Shown one piece after another: positions 37,801-46,529 of a stretch of 64,000 nt of DNA. Under the pieces are notes generated by a model. The model was not told the DNA's origin and ran no database searches. It saw only the letters and a list, made by a program, of their open reading frames with translations. Numbering within the stretch: position 1 is the first letter of the stretch; each line of letters opens with the position of its first letter. A program made the position numbers and the translations under genes. The stretch spans positions 110,546,001-110,610,000 of the forward strand of contig NC_059430.1 in NCBI RefSeq assembly GCF_021028975.2, given 5' to 3'. The DNA is from Sphaerodactylus townsendi. Its lineage: Eukaryota.

Positions 37801-39008
37801 AAATCTACCATTCATCAGAGGGCTGCTGCCTGCACTATTTGGCCAAAGACAGCTTTCAAAGTTTATGGATGCCACTGGTGGACAACAAACTACAAAAATT
37901 GAGCTTTTCTTTTGAAACCCTCTCTCTGCATGCAACTAAATTAAATCTAGTGTTCTATGGTTCGATAAATGAAGCACATGCTGCAGAGCACAAAAAGTAT
38001 ACTCCCTATATTATTTGGGCCTCCCAATTCTGAAAATTCTACCTGCATATTGTAAGCTCCCAATGGTTCACAAATACAGAATATTATTTCTAAGGCTAAA
38101 CTAAATGCTATGCAACTAGGAGAACTAATAGGTAGACTTCAAGGGATTCTTTCTCTAAGTAATTTTGAGACTGCAAATAAAGTGGGACCTAGATACCACA
38201 TGGCATTTGTTTATTCTGTAAAAAATATGATGCAGTCCTAGAAAAATACATATTAAATACATCCAATGCCTGCATCTCATTCTTCTCAGCTGTAGAGAAC
38301 CTCCCGTACAAGTGCACTCTGTCCCATGGACAGGTGGGTAAAAAGTAACTGAGAACCCAGGACACTTACTGCTGGAAGGCAGACACTCCTAGTTCACTTT
38401 CCTACCCCTCACCATAGGGGGAAGGAGATAAGAAAAAGAATGCATGTGTGGAAACATGTGTCATTTTTTTCCAATCTCCTTTCCAACTAGACTTTCTTCC
38501 AAAAACAGAAGAGCTCAGCTGAATCAAACCATACATCTATTTCGTTCAGCATCCTGTACCTTGCAGTGACCAGACAGATACCGAAGACTGTAGGCAAAAA
38601 ACAAAACTACATCCTACCCACCAACGCTTGCCCCCTCGCCGATATTCAGAGGTATACTGCCTCTACACATGGAAGATCCATCTAGCTTTCATATCTAATA
38701 ATAACTGTTGGTGAACTTTCTCTCCTAATCCATTAATTCGGTCCAAAACCTGTGCCTCCGACCCACCCCCCGACGCTTGCACTCTCCACGTCTGCCAGGC
38801 AGCCATTCAACAGATACAGCCCCACCCCGTGGAAGAGTCACCGGTGACCTTCCGGCCGTTCCAGTCGCCCAAGACAAAGAAAAGTCTTCCCGTTCCCTTA
38901 CTGTAGGACCTGAGCGGGCTCCCCATGTTTCTCGTACACCAGCCCTCGAGGCCGGGCCTGGACAGTCGCCGACATAGCGCGAAAAACAGAGCCCACCGAA
39001 AACCGCAT
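6556..39008 (-). CDS. MECR: Mitochondrial trans-2-enoyl-CoA (enoyl-ACP) reductase, full spliced CDS (10 exons, 1059 nt, 352 aa)
   Basis: Hand-spliced exons give one open frame: [87 protein letters not shown]...[23 protein letters not shown]...[13 protein letters not shown]...KQILLL*. Coding exon sizes are 107/98/132/144/103/103/74/61/73/164, all introns are GT-AG and phases are consistent. Motifs match vertebrate MECR (MDR family, catalytic Tyr retained). Confidence 0.98.
6763..6903. mobile_element. 141-bp PIF/Harbinger-type MITE
   Basis: TIRs GGCCCCTTCCGCACA / TGTGCGGAATGAGCC, 3-bp TSD TTA; near-identical copy at 48557-48697. Confidence 0.85.
7523..7565 (+). ncRNA. Minimal type-I hammerhead ribozyme motif (PLE type), antisense to MECR
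   Basis: TCCT-CTGAAGA-T-GCC..GGT-GAAA-CG-TC|AGGA: stem I TCCT/AGGA, intact core, palindromic ACGT stem III. Confidence 0.75.
7576..7911. mobile_element. Tc1/mariner (Tc2/pogo-type) MITE
   Basis: TIR C(C/T)GTGTTTCCC.GAAAATAAG, TA TSD at 7574-7575 and 7912-7913, subterminal AAAATAAGCCCTA repeats. Confidence 0.85.
8355..8557. mobile_element. Degenerate palindromic PLE element of a second family (decayed hammerhead)
   Basis: Imperfect inverted arms (GAGCAAGATTC...TCAGATA / ATCTGA...GAATCTAGCTC); remnant core CTGACAA at 8471-8477. Confidence 0.6.
8704..8776 (-). CDS. MECR: MECR exon 9 ([24 protein letters not shown])
   Basis: cttctgcag| acceptor, A|GTAAGT donor, 73 nt. Confidence 0.98.
9678..9738 (-). 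CDS. MECR: MECR exon 8 ([20 protein letters not shown])
   Basis: caacag| acceptor, GTG|GTGAGT donor, 61 nt. Confidence 0.98.
10127..10200 (-). CDS. MECR: MECR exon 7 ([25 protein letters not shown])
   Basis: tctctttctccag| acceptor, CA|GTAAGT donor, 74 nt. Confidence 0.98.
10718..10956. repeat. Local exact duplication (63-nt unit x2, 27-nt unit x2)
   Basis: 10718-10780 equals 10797-10859; 10771-10797 equals 10930-10956. Confidence 0.9.
11351..11453 (-). CDS. MECR: MECR exon 6 ([34 protein letters not shown])
   Basis: ccttcctgtccag| acceptor, CAG|GTATTT donor, 103 nt. Confidence 0.98.
11900..12085. mobile_element. SPIN-family (hAT) MITE, 186 bp
   Basis: TIR CAGTGGTTCTCAACC, perfect 8-bp TSD GATTAGAA; SPIN/URR1-type subterminal sequences. 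Confidence 0.9.
12548..12622. mobile_element. Short hAT (Charlie-type) MITE
   Basis: TIR CAGGGGTCTGCAACC, 8-bp TSD ATCTAGAA. Confidence 0.85.
13911..14192 (-). mobile_element. Squam3-like SINE
   Basis: (GAA)n tail first; body matches the other copies. Confidence 0.85.
15312..15500 (+). mobile_element. 5S rRNA-derived SINE (5S-Sauria-like); further copies ~3546-3702(+), 15800-16005(-), 17130-17235(-), 22455-22626(-), 35710-35815(+)
   Basis: 5S-like head GATCTTGGAAGCTAAGCAGG...GTATTTGGATGGGAGACC followed by a Sauria-like GGCAAACCACCT segment. Confidence 0.75.
16185..16287 (-). CDS. MECR: MECR exon 5 ([34 protein letters not shown]; NADPH-binding region)
   Basis: tttttgtctgcag| acceptor, AG|GTGAGT donor, 103 nt. 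Confidence 0.98.
16503..16684. mobile_element. Palindromic PLE element, opposite orientation, one arm internally deleted
   Basis: Same termini as the 7398 and 39358 copies; flanked by a decayed 13-bp TSD (AACTTAGCACTTG / GACTTGGCTCTTG). Confidence 0.8.
16552..16594 (-). ncRNA. Minimal type-I hammerhead ribozyme motif in MECR intron 4, sense to MECR
   Basis: Minus strand reads TCCT-CTGAAGA-T-GCC..GGT-GAAA-TA-TC|AGGA: intact catalytic core, palindromic ATAT stem III. Confidence 0.75.
16808..17110 (-). mobile_element. Squam3-like SINE
   Basis: Family similarity, (GAA)n tail, antisense A-box GCTCTTAACCACTACACC. Confidence 0.8.
17951..18094 (-). CDS. MECR: MECR exon 4 ([48 protein letters not shown])
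   Basis: ctgcag| acceptor, G|GTATGT donor, 144 nt. Confidence 0.98.
18460..18575. mobile_element. Palindromic hAT MITE (same family as 62853-63000)
   Basis: CAG..GT.TGCAACC TIR; TSD-like CTCTAAAA/CTCTTAAA. Confidence 0.75.
19768..19803. repeat. (TGTC)n microsatellite at a SINE tail
   Basis: Read directly. Confidence 0.95.
20749..21036 (-). mobile_element. Squam3-like SINE
   Basis: Family similarity, (GAA)n tail. Confidence 0.85.
21092..21223 (-). CDS. MECR: MECR exon 3 ([45 protein letters not shown])
   Basis: tgttgcag| acceptor, G|GTAAGT donor, 132 nt; contains the catalytic Tyr and the GGNEGV motif. Confidence 0.98.
21722..22283. mobile_element. 562-bp Harbinger-type MITE with a long internal inverted repeat, inserted into a CR1 3' end
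   Basis: TIR GGC(T/G)GTTTCTGCACAG, 3-bp TSD ATG/ATA; splits ATAGAATC|ATAGAGTTGGAAG of a CR1. Confidence 0.8.
22284..22450 (-). mobile_element. CR1 LINE 3' end
   Basis: Antisense CR1 terminus; matches 54951-55290. Confidence 0.85.
23150..23520 (-). mobile_element. CR1/L3-type LINE 3' end
   Basis: (AAGAACAT)n antisense tail followed by GCTGGATCAGACC...CCATCTAGTCCAGC. Confidence 0.8.
23592..23689 (-). CDS. MECR: MECR exon 2 ([33 protein letters not shown])
   Basis: ttttccttccag| acceptor, G|GTAAAC donor, 98 nt. Confidence 0.98.
23862..24047. mobile_element. SPIN-family MITE, 186 bp
   Basis: TIR CAGTGGTTCTCAA, TSD GATTAATC/CATTAATC. Confidence 0.9.
30325..30460. mobile_element. hAT (Tip100-type) MITE; second copy 48747-48882
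   Basis: TIR CAG.GGTG(G/A)GATTC, perfect 8-bp TSD CTTCCCCT. Confidence 0.85.
31236..31893. mobile_element. SPIN MITE whose right TIR is split by a LINE insertion
   Basis: SPIN body 31236-31417, TIR resumes at 31877-31893; TSD CTCTACAC/ATCTACAA. Confidence 0.85.
31418..31876 (+). mobile_element. 5'-truncated RTE-X-like LINE 3' end with 13-bp TSD and extra 3' sequence
   Basis: ORF2 C-terminus [11 protein letters not shown]...[24 protein letters not shown], then AATAAA and (ATTG)4; TSD CAGGTTGAGAACC at 31405-31417 and 31877-31889. Confidence 0.8.
33717..34471 (+). mobile_element. Non-autonomous Helitron
   Basis: A|TC 5' end (TCCTACCCTATATAATT), subterminal hairpin AGCCTATT...AATGGGCT, CTAG|T 3' end, no TSD. 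Confidence 0.8.
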
Positions 39009-39170
39009 GGCCACTATTATTAACCGCGCGCAAAAACAACGTCAGCGCCACTCTCTGTAGGCCACGGCAATGTACGTCATAAAGACGGCTGGCATCAACT
39101 ATACGAGTAGCTCCGCCCCTTTATTGCGAGGTTGGAATGAAAGTGTGGCGCGTGAGCTGTCGAGCTGCAT
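38750..39170 (-). promoter_or_regulatory. MECR CpG-island promoter with GC box (39111-39119) and CRE/ATF-like TGACGT (39074-39079)
   Basis: Locally CpG-dense, non-repeat sequence around exon 1; GGGGCGGAG and ATGACGTA on the minus strand just upstream of the ATG; no TATA box seen. Confidence 0.75.
38902..39008 (-). CDS. MECR: MECR coding exon 1 (short presequence + [15 protein letters not shown])
   Basis: ATG at 39008 with an in-frame TGA upstream; matches the MECR 'LVY..HG.P..V' motif; donor CA|GTAAGG; lies in a CpG island. Confidence 0.93.
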
Positions 39171-39357
39171 GTGGTTGCAGGGAGATTCAGATGGGGACTT
39201 TTAAACAGGAGTCTAGTGCTATGTTTCAAGCTAACGAGGTTTATTCCGGGATAAGCTCAGCCTACTTCAGTTAGGGATTTTAAAAAGCATTATTCCTTAA
39301 GATGCTGTTTTCAAAAATGTATGAGTATTTTATTTAAAAAAACACATTACAGGGGGT

Positions 39358-39569
39358 ATTGTCAAAGGCTTTCACGGCCGGAATCACTGGGATGCTGTGT
39401 GGTTGCCGGGCTGTATGGCCGTGTTCTAGCAGCATTCTTTCCTGACGTTTTGCCTGCATCTGTGGCTGGCATCAGATCCTTTGAAGATGCCAGCCACAGA
39501 TGCAGGCGAAACGTCAGGAGAGAATGCTGCTAGAACACGGCCATACAGCCCGGAAACCACACAGCACCC
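39358..39569. mobile_element. Palindromic PLE element (212 bp) immediately upstream of the MECR promoter
   Basis: ~85-bp inverted arms; 13-bp TSD CATTACAGG(G/T)GGT at 39345-39357 and 39570-39582; hammerhead-like motif at 39477-39519. Confidence 0.88.
39477..39519 (+). ncRNA. Hammerhead ribozyme motif with a C3->U core change
   Basis: TCCT-TTGAAGA-T-GCC..GGC-GAAA-CG-TC|AGGA. Confidence 0.6.
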
Positions 39570-39722
39570 CATTACAGGTGGTCTCTGGCTGAAATATGAA
39601 ATATTGAGAACCGCTTGAATATCCAAGTTGCTTCCACAGTTAAGGCAACATTATGACATCCAGTGACCCTTTCCAATGATAATATACCCCCTGTTGTATA
39701 GCAACAGCGTTGAGGAAATTTA

Positions 39723-39940
39723 CCGTGTTTCCTCAAAAATAAGACAGGGTCTTATATTAATTTTTGCTCCAAAAGATGCATTAGGGCTTATTTTAAGGGG
39801 ATGTCTTCTTTTTGGCACCCCCTACGCGACCACATCAGCTGCGCCTTGGGAATCTGTAACTAGGGCTTATTTTTGGAGTAGGGCTTATATTTCAAGCATC
39901 CTCCAAAAATCATGCTAGGGCTTATTTTCGGGGGGAAATA
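39723..39940. mobile_element. Tc2/pogo-type MITE (same family as 7576-7911)
   Basis: TA|CCGTGTTTCCTCAAAAATAAG TIR; TAGGGCTTATT repeats. Confidence 0.8.
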
Positions 39941-41837
39941 TTTGATTTTGTGCCGTTACAAGACATTTCCTTATACAAAGTAAAGATATTACAGGATCAG
40001 ACATGGGACTTCATATTTTTGTAGAATGTTTTGTAGGATGTTTCCTTGGTCAGCTTCTGTGTGTAAATGGTGATACCTTTTCTCATATTCAGTGCTAATT
40101 CATTGGTGTGAATTTTATTATTTGTAATTATATTGGATGATTTTGTTTTGAACTTGTATGTCATCATGCTATTAATGTTATTGTACAGTTTTTATGAATG
40201 TATGTGTATGAGTGTGCTACTCAGATTGGGGTTCCTTGCCTCTTGTTTTTTTTTTTTCCTATCAAGTCACAGATGGATTATGGTAATTCTACAGGTGGGT
40301 TGCCATTGCCTGCCTCCGTGTCATGATCCTCCCTTCTTCCCTCCTATGTGGGTGACTGGACCCCTCCTGGTCTATATTGCAGTTGCCAGCTTGGTTTCCA
40401 TCCACCTGCTAGCAGTTAGCAAGTGTGTTACCCACTGCCAGGGGTAACTAGAAAGTGATTTCAGAGTGATTTCAGCTTTGTCAGCAATGAGCGATAGTGA
40501 TTTCAGCTTTGGCAGCAGTGAGTGGATGCAGAGGCAGGCTGCCTTCAGAGCAGAGGTTCTTTATTGTGATTTCAAGCTCTTTCCAGGCCAGACTGCCCAG
40601 TACAGAATGAAACACAGCCCTTTTTATACAGTTTTTCACCCAATCAGAGGAGGAAGGGGGCAGTCCCCTGCCACATAATACAGACAATCTAAAACAAAGA
40701 GGAGGAAGACAGTCTTTTGTTTTTGCTGATGGGATTAAGTCCCAGCAGAAAAGGCTGCCAATGAATCTTGAGATCCTAGAAGTGGAAAATTCAATAGTCC
40801 AATGGGTCTTGAGATCCTCTTCAGTGAAAATTCAAATAGTCCAATGGGAAGTAGGATGATGTCCTCCAAACGGCCAAGGCACACCTTGTAAGTCCAAAAG
40901 ATCTTTTGTTGGTGTTGACAAACTTATCAGATTGTAAGGAGGAGTTGTCCTTGCTTGGCATTTTCTGATCTACTTCCTTGTTACCTAGCTAAAATAAAAC
41001 TACTAAAATCCTAAGAGGCTTCTTCTATTAATGCAATAAAGTAAGAAGAATATTTCTAATCCATTTCTCTTCTTGTCTATCACTGAAAGTAGCTCTATAG
41101 AATCCCTTAACCTTATAACAAAGAACCTCCAATACAGTACAAGCCCATATAAACATATAAGCAAGAGTATCCTAAATTAACAGTAACAAAACCTTAAATC
41201 AACTGGAGAACCTAGCTAAAGTATAATCCTAAACATTTGGCAAATAATAAATCCAACACCGAGGGGCTTACATTAAACCTTAAAAGGGACAAAGGCAAGA
41301 AGGAAACCATGTGAAAAATCAGCACATTTGTATATATATATTCTTTCCAGGACTTGTGGAGGCTTTTGGACAACACTGGTCTCTTTGCTCTGATCCTTAG
41401 CCAGTGTAGTTCGGTGGCAGGCTCAGGAAAATATTTTTCCTATTTTCCTGGCGGTAACAAGTGCACCACTGGTTAGGAAGTGTATTTATTTATGTATTTA
41501 TTTTAACAATATCCTGCCCTTTCTCAGCTCAGGGCGGCTGACAGTATTCAAGAAACATCTTATATGTTACATATAGCCAAAAAAAAAATCATCTAAAGCA
41601 ACAAATGAAGACATATACAGCAATAAAAATCAATAATCATTTAAAATTCCTGTAAATTCTGTGGTGCCAATATGTTTCTATTAGAATATTTATGGTTTTA
41701 ATTTCAATTTAGACGTATGCTATTTATCACTGTATATTGTAAGTGATGTAAGCTGCCCAGATCACTGGGGAGGACTGCTTGTAATTTTTTTTTCTTTCTG
41801 CTGTTCTTTGGGAGTCTCAGAGGTCTCCCATCCAAAC

Positions 41838-42138
41838 AGAAGAAGAGGAAGAGAAGGAGAAGTTTGGATTTATACCCCTCTTTCTCACCTGTAAGAAGAC
41901 TTAAAATCTCCTTTCCCTCCCACCCACCCCCCAAACACCCTGGGAGGTGGGTGGGGCTGAGAGAGCTCCGAAGAGCTGTGACTAGCCCGAGATCACCCAG
42001 CTGGCATGGGTTGAAGTGCACAGGCTAATCTAGCTCCCCAGATAAGCCTCCACAACTCAAGCAGCAGAGCAGGAAATCAAACCAGGTTCCCCAGATTAGA
42101 GTGCACCTGCTCTAAACCACTATGCTCCTGCTGCTCTC
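41838..42138 (-). mobile_element. Squam3-like SINE
   Basis: Family similarity, purine (GAA)n tail. Confidence 0.85.
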
Positions 42139-43616
42139 TATACTAGCCAGGAACAGGGCTGAGAGTGTGTGACTGGCCCAAGACCATTCAGCCAGTGTCT
42201 GTGATGGGGGTGGGGATTTGATGCCTTCTGTTTAGAGTCCCCAAAATACAACAAAAACACCATGCATATCTTTTTGGAAACAGGATTCTTATAGCATCAT
42301 TTATGTTCTGTTTTATTTACTTGATTTATAGCCTATCTTTGTCCCAGTGGGAACCCAAAGTATGTTACGTTGTTCTCTCCTTTATTTTACCCTCACAACA
42401 ACCCTGTGAGTTAGGTTCAGTTGAGAGAGCAGCTGGCTCCAGGTCACCCAACAGGCTTCCTTGGCAGATTGAGGGTGTGAAGCTTGGTGTCTCAGATCCT
42501 AGTCTAACACTAATCATTATACAGCACTCGCTGTCATCGGGTTCATGCACATACACATATCAACTTTATTTTTGTTTTATTTCACTTCATTTACACTTTG
42601 ACTTTCTCCCAATAGGGATGCAAAGCTGCTTACGTCATTCTTCTCTAGTTTCTCTTCACAACAACCGTGTGAGGTAAGTTAAGCTCAGAGTGTGACCGTC
42701 CCAAGATCACCCTGAAAACTCCTGTGGCAGAGTGGGGATTCGAACTTGAGTCTTCCAGATCCTAGACACTCTTCACCGTTACACCACTTTGGCTTTAAAA
42801 CACTGAACTTCTTAGTATAGTGCTGAGTTGTTTTTACCCTCTTGAGGGCAGTTTGTCAATTTGTATTAACAGTTGTAATAAGAGTCTACAAATGAGTTTT
42901 GCGGCTTGTGATCTCCCCTAAGTTTTAAAAAAGCAGGCTTGTGGGTATGCCATTTTCTCACTTAGTTTTCCCTCTTTTGTTTCTCTCCCAGAAGGCTAAT
43001 TTTTCACATCAAAAATAGTGATCTATTTCAAGACCCCAATCTTTTGAGCCATGCTGGAGGCTACACGTTCCATTCTGTTGCTGGGAAAAAAGAGCTGTTG
43101 GAGCAGCCCCAGACGATGTAAAGAAAGCTGAGTTATTGCTGTGGTTAAAATCTTTTACTTAGTCATTTCCTGACTTATTTGAAAGAAATGAAACATTAAT
43201 GCCGTCTTTTGCTTTAATGCGAGCCCGTAAACATGTCATTTTCATAATGCTCCTAAATCTGCCCCCGGTAAATGCATTGCTTTCTTTCAGCCAAATGAGT
43301 GCGATTAGCTCACACAGCAGAACACGCACCATGAAGAAAGAAGAGAACAAAAACATTTTCTTGAAATCCAGATTTTTTCCCCCTTTTTCTTACATTTTTA
43401 GCTGATCTTTCCTTCAACAAACTCAGGGTGGCATTCAACTCTTCTACCCCATTTCACCCCTCAGTATAGTGGTTAGGGCATGGGTTGCCAACCTTTTTGA
43501 GTCTTTGGGCACTTTTGAAATGCTGACACAGTGTGGTGGGTGCTGCCACAAAATGGCCACCACAAGAGGCGGGGTGAGCCGCCAAGTGATTGCTGCAGCT
43601 TAACGTCAATCACACA

Positions 43617-44156
43617 GGCCATTTCCGCATGGCAGCGGAAACGGCTGGGTCGGCGCTTCTCGCGCCGAACCGAAGACGCTGGGACCGTCCGCATGGACGG
43701 TCCCAGGAAGAGGCGGGCAGCCGGCCCCGCGGAGTGCCGGGCGTTCTCAAGATGAAATAAGAACTTTGAGCATTCGGCGCTGCTGCCGGTGTTTGGGGAC
43801 ACGCCTTGGCCCTGCCCTGCGCTTCTGCTCGAGCAGGCGCGCAGGGTGGGGGGGCGTGTCCCCAGGCTCTCGGGCGACGCGCCGGAGGCCCAGGGACAAG
43901 TGTGAGTGCCGGGTGGAGTCGAAGTGAAGCATTGCTGCCGCTTCGGGCTTCGCAGCGGCTGATCACTGGCGGCAAGCTTTCAAAAAAGAGCGCTTAGGGA
44001 AGCGCACTGGGGAAAGGGCGGCTCCAGGCTGGGCGCGGGAGCGGCGCTGAAGGCGGCTGGCGGCGCTGCAGCTGCGCGCTTCGTATCGTAATCGGCGGCC
44101 TGGAGACGGTGTTTTTACCGTCTCCAGGCCGTCATTTTCTGCTTCCGGAAACGGCC
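43617..44156. mobile_element. 540-bp CpG-rich Harbinger-type MITE nested in a hAT MITE (~43479-44360)
   Basis: TIR GGCC(A/G)TTTCCG, perfect 3-bp TSD ACA; host hAT sequence resumes on both sides. Confidence 0.8.
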
Positions 44157-46529
44157 ACAGTGAAGACTGTTGTGCTGTGGCGACAGCTGCTGCCAAAGCA
44201 ATGTTTTTTTAAAAAAAATCTGCGCAGCCAATCAAATCTCCCGTGACTGCCCAAAAGCCTTGCTGAGTAAGAACCCCACCTTGTCCTGCCCATTTTCCTA
44301 AAATCCCATGGTTGTGAACAGGTGCCCTTGTACCCAAGGGCACCATGTTGGGGTGCCCAGGGTTAGAGTGTCAGATCTACAGCTTGCAAACTCACTTGGG
44401 AAATTCTTGGTGATTTGGAGTTGTGTCTTAGGAAGGGCAGCATTATGGGCTGGACCTCTGTTTCTGCTAGCCATGGGATCCTAAAGGCCACGTTCATAGT
44501 TGCCAGGGTGCCCACCATCACACTTCCTGGTACTCTACAACTATTTTTGAAAGTGAGAGGGCCATGGGGGGGGGGGACTTTTGCTCAGCAAGGCTTCTGA
44601 TTCATCTTTGAAGATTTGATTGTGCAGATTTTAGAAAATGCTTATTTGAATGCAGTTGCCACCTCAGCACAAGGATTTTCATGGTGTGACTGACTGAAGA
44701 TAATCTGTGGCAGCCATTTTGTGGCTGGCTTTGCCTCCTGTGGCAGCTATCCTGTGGCAGCCATTTTATGGCTGTGCCCACCAAGCTATGTCAGAATTCC
44801 AAAGGTGCCCACAGGCTCAAAAAGGTTGGGGACCCTGTCCTAGACTTCATGCTATTATCATGGGCTGTCCCAAGGATATTTGGCACCCTACTGGCAAGTG
44901 AGTTTGCCACCACAGGAAGCCATATAACACCCCCTCCCCCACCAATGACCATGGTAAGGCAAGAATCCGACAGCCACCAATACTCCCCTGCCTTTCTCTT
45001 CATGCAAGGAAGGAGGGAAAGGGCCCATCTCTGAACCTCCCAATGTAGGGAGATAAAGATCAGGTTCCTTGCAGGCTGTCCACTGTGTCCAGGGCAACTT
45101 GTAGACCCCAATGTGGTAGGTGTGTAGGGTGGCCACTGGGCTGGTGGGCACTCCTCCACCTCTGGCACTCTAGACCTAGGTGTGCCTAACAGACAGTCTG
45201 GTCCTGGCTATACTGTGGAGGCTACCCTCCAGAACTGCCATTTCATCCAGGGAAACTGGACTCTGTGGTCTGGAAGTAATTCTGGCTGGACTGAACTTTC
45301 CTGGCCCAGCTCTTCCACTGGGACTCCTCACTCCCCAAGGGTTGGCCCATGACACATATGAAAGCCCACAAGCAGGGAGAACCAACCGGAATGGCAAAAA
45401 TATTTTTAAAAGCCTTCACCCCCTGACAGAAAACTATAGAGGGAGACAGATGAATCTCCCCAGGGAAACAGTTCCAGCATTTTGGTGTCACAACTAAGGA
45501 GGCCCTTTCTTGGTTGGCCACCACATAATCCAGAATGTAAGCATGCTGCAATTGCTTTTGCTGCACAGACAACCTTGGTCAAGTCCTTGGGTCTTGGCAG
45601 CTTCCTCATGATGTTGCTGACTTCTGGCCCCAGACTTTATCTTGAGTTAGTGTGCACAGCATTACAATCTTGTAATCTTTTGCTATGCAGAGTGAAACCT
45701 ATTGAATCTCATATAAATCATTGGGGGTTATGTTCTAACTCAACATGGAACTAAGTTGTTTGTGCACGTTTTTAAAAAATCCCTTTTTAAAAATTATTTG
45801 TTGCCACAGTCAGCTTCCAATCAGAATGGAAGAAACATGGTAGAGCGTTTTACATCTCCCAGCTGCAGGATCAGAGGAAACAGCCTGTGAAGATTTAAGA
45901 AATTCTTGGCAAGGGTCACTGAAGAATGAAATACCGAATGAGGGAGATTTGGCTGTACTGGCACATAACAATATCAGCCTTTGAAGAGACCGAATCTGCC
46001 TATGGTGAAATGCTGGCTGGTAAAGCAGAGAGTCCAGAAGGCGAAAATTCTCCCCTTGATCAATTTGGCTTTGACATTTTATACATTAGTCACAATCCTG
46101 CGTCCACAAGCAGTACAGTTGCTCACATCCCTTTCAGGCAACTGCACCTACTGGCACACTACAATAGCCTTTCTTCTTGAGCCAACGATTCCCTAAGTCT
46201 TGAAAAGATGCCTCTCGGTCATTTGGTGGAGAACCTGGGGTGGGGTTAGAGTTTTGGAAAAAGCACATCTGTTTTACAATACATTGGTGTGGGGTTCATC
46301 AGTAAAGATGGCGCTTGGGTGGCTGTGCAATCCCCTTGTGCTGTAATTTCAGCTGCAGTTGCTGTCAGGGGAGGTCAGGAAGCAGCCAGGTGAACCTAAA
46401 CCCTGCCTGGTTACAGGTTACCAATATCTGGGTGGGATCCAGACCAGAAAGAGAAGTTTCCAAATGGCACTTTTGGAGGGACAGACTCTATGGCATCAGA
46501 TTCCTGATGATTTGGGGGATGATGCCTGA

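Noticed and set aside
39042-39080. Upstream in-frame ATG (MTYIAVAYREWR*) as a longer MECR start or uORF
   Set aside because: Terminates at TGA before the real ATG and overlaps a CRE-like promoter motif; probably upstream of the TSS, which cannot be resolved without CAGE.
39723-39940. Tc2-type MITE next to or inside two of the three palindromic PLE copies as a functional pairing
   Set aside because: Both families are abundant and the MITE has its own TA TSD; n=2 is compatible with chance.
43617-44156. CpG island as promoter or first exon of a neighbouring gene
   Set aside because: Bounded by TIRs and a perfect ACA TSD inside another transposon, so it is a young MITE. The same applies to 60406-60821.
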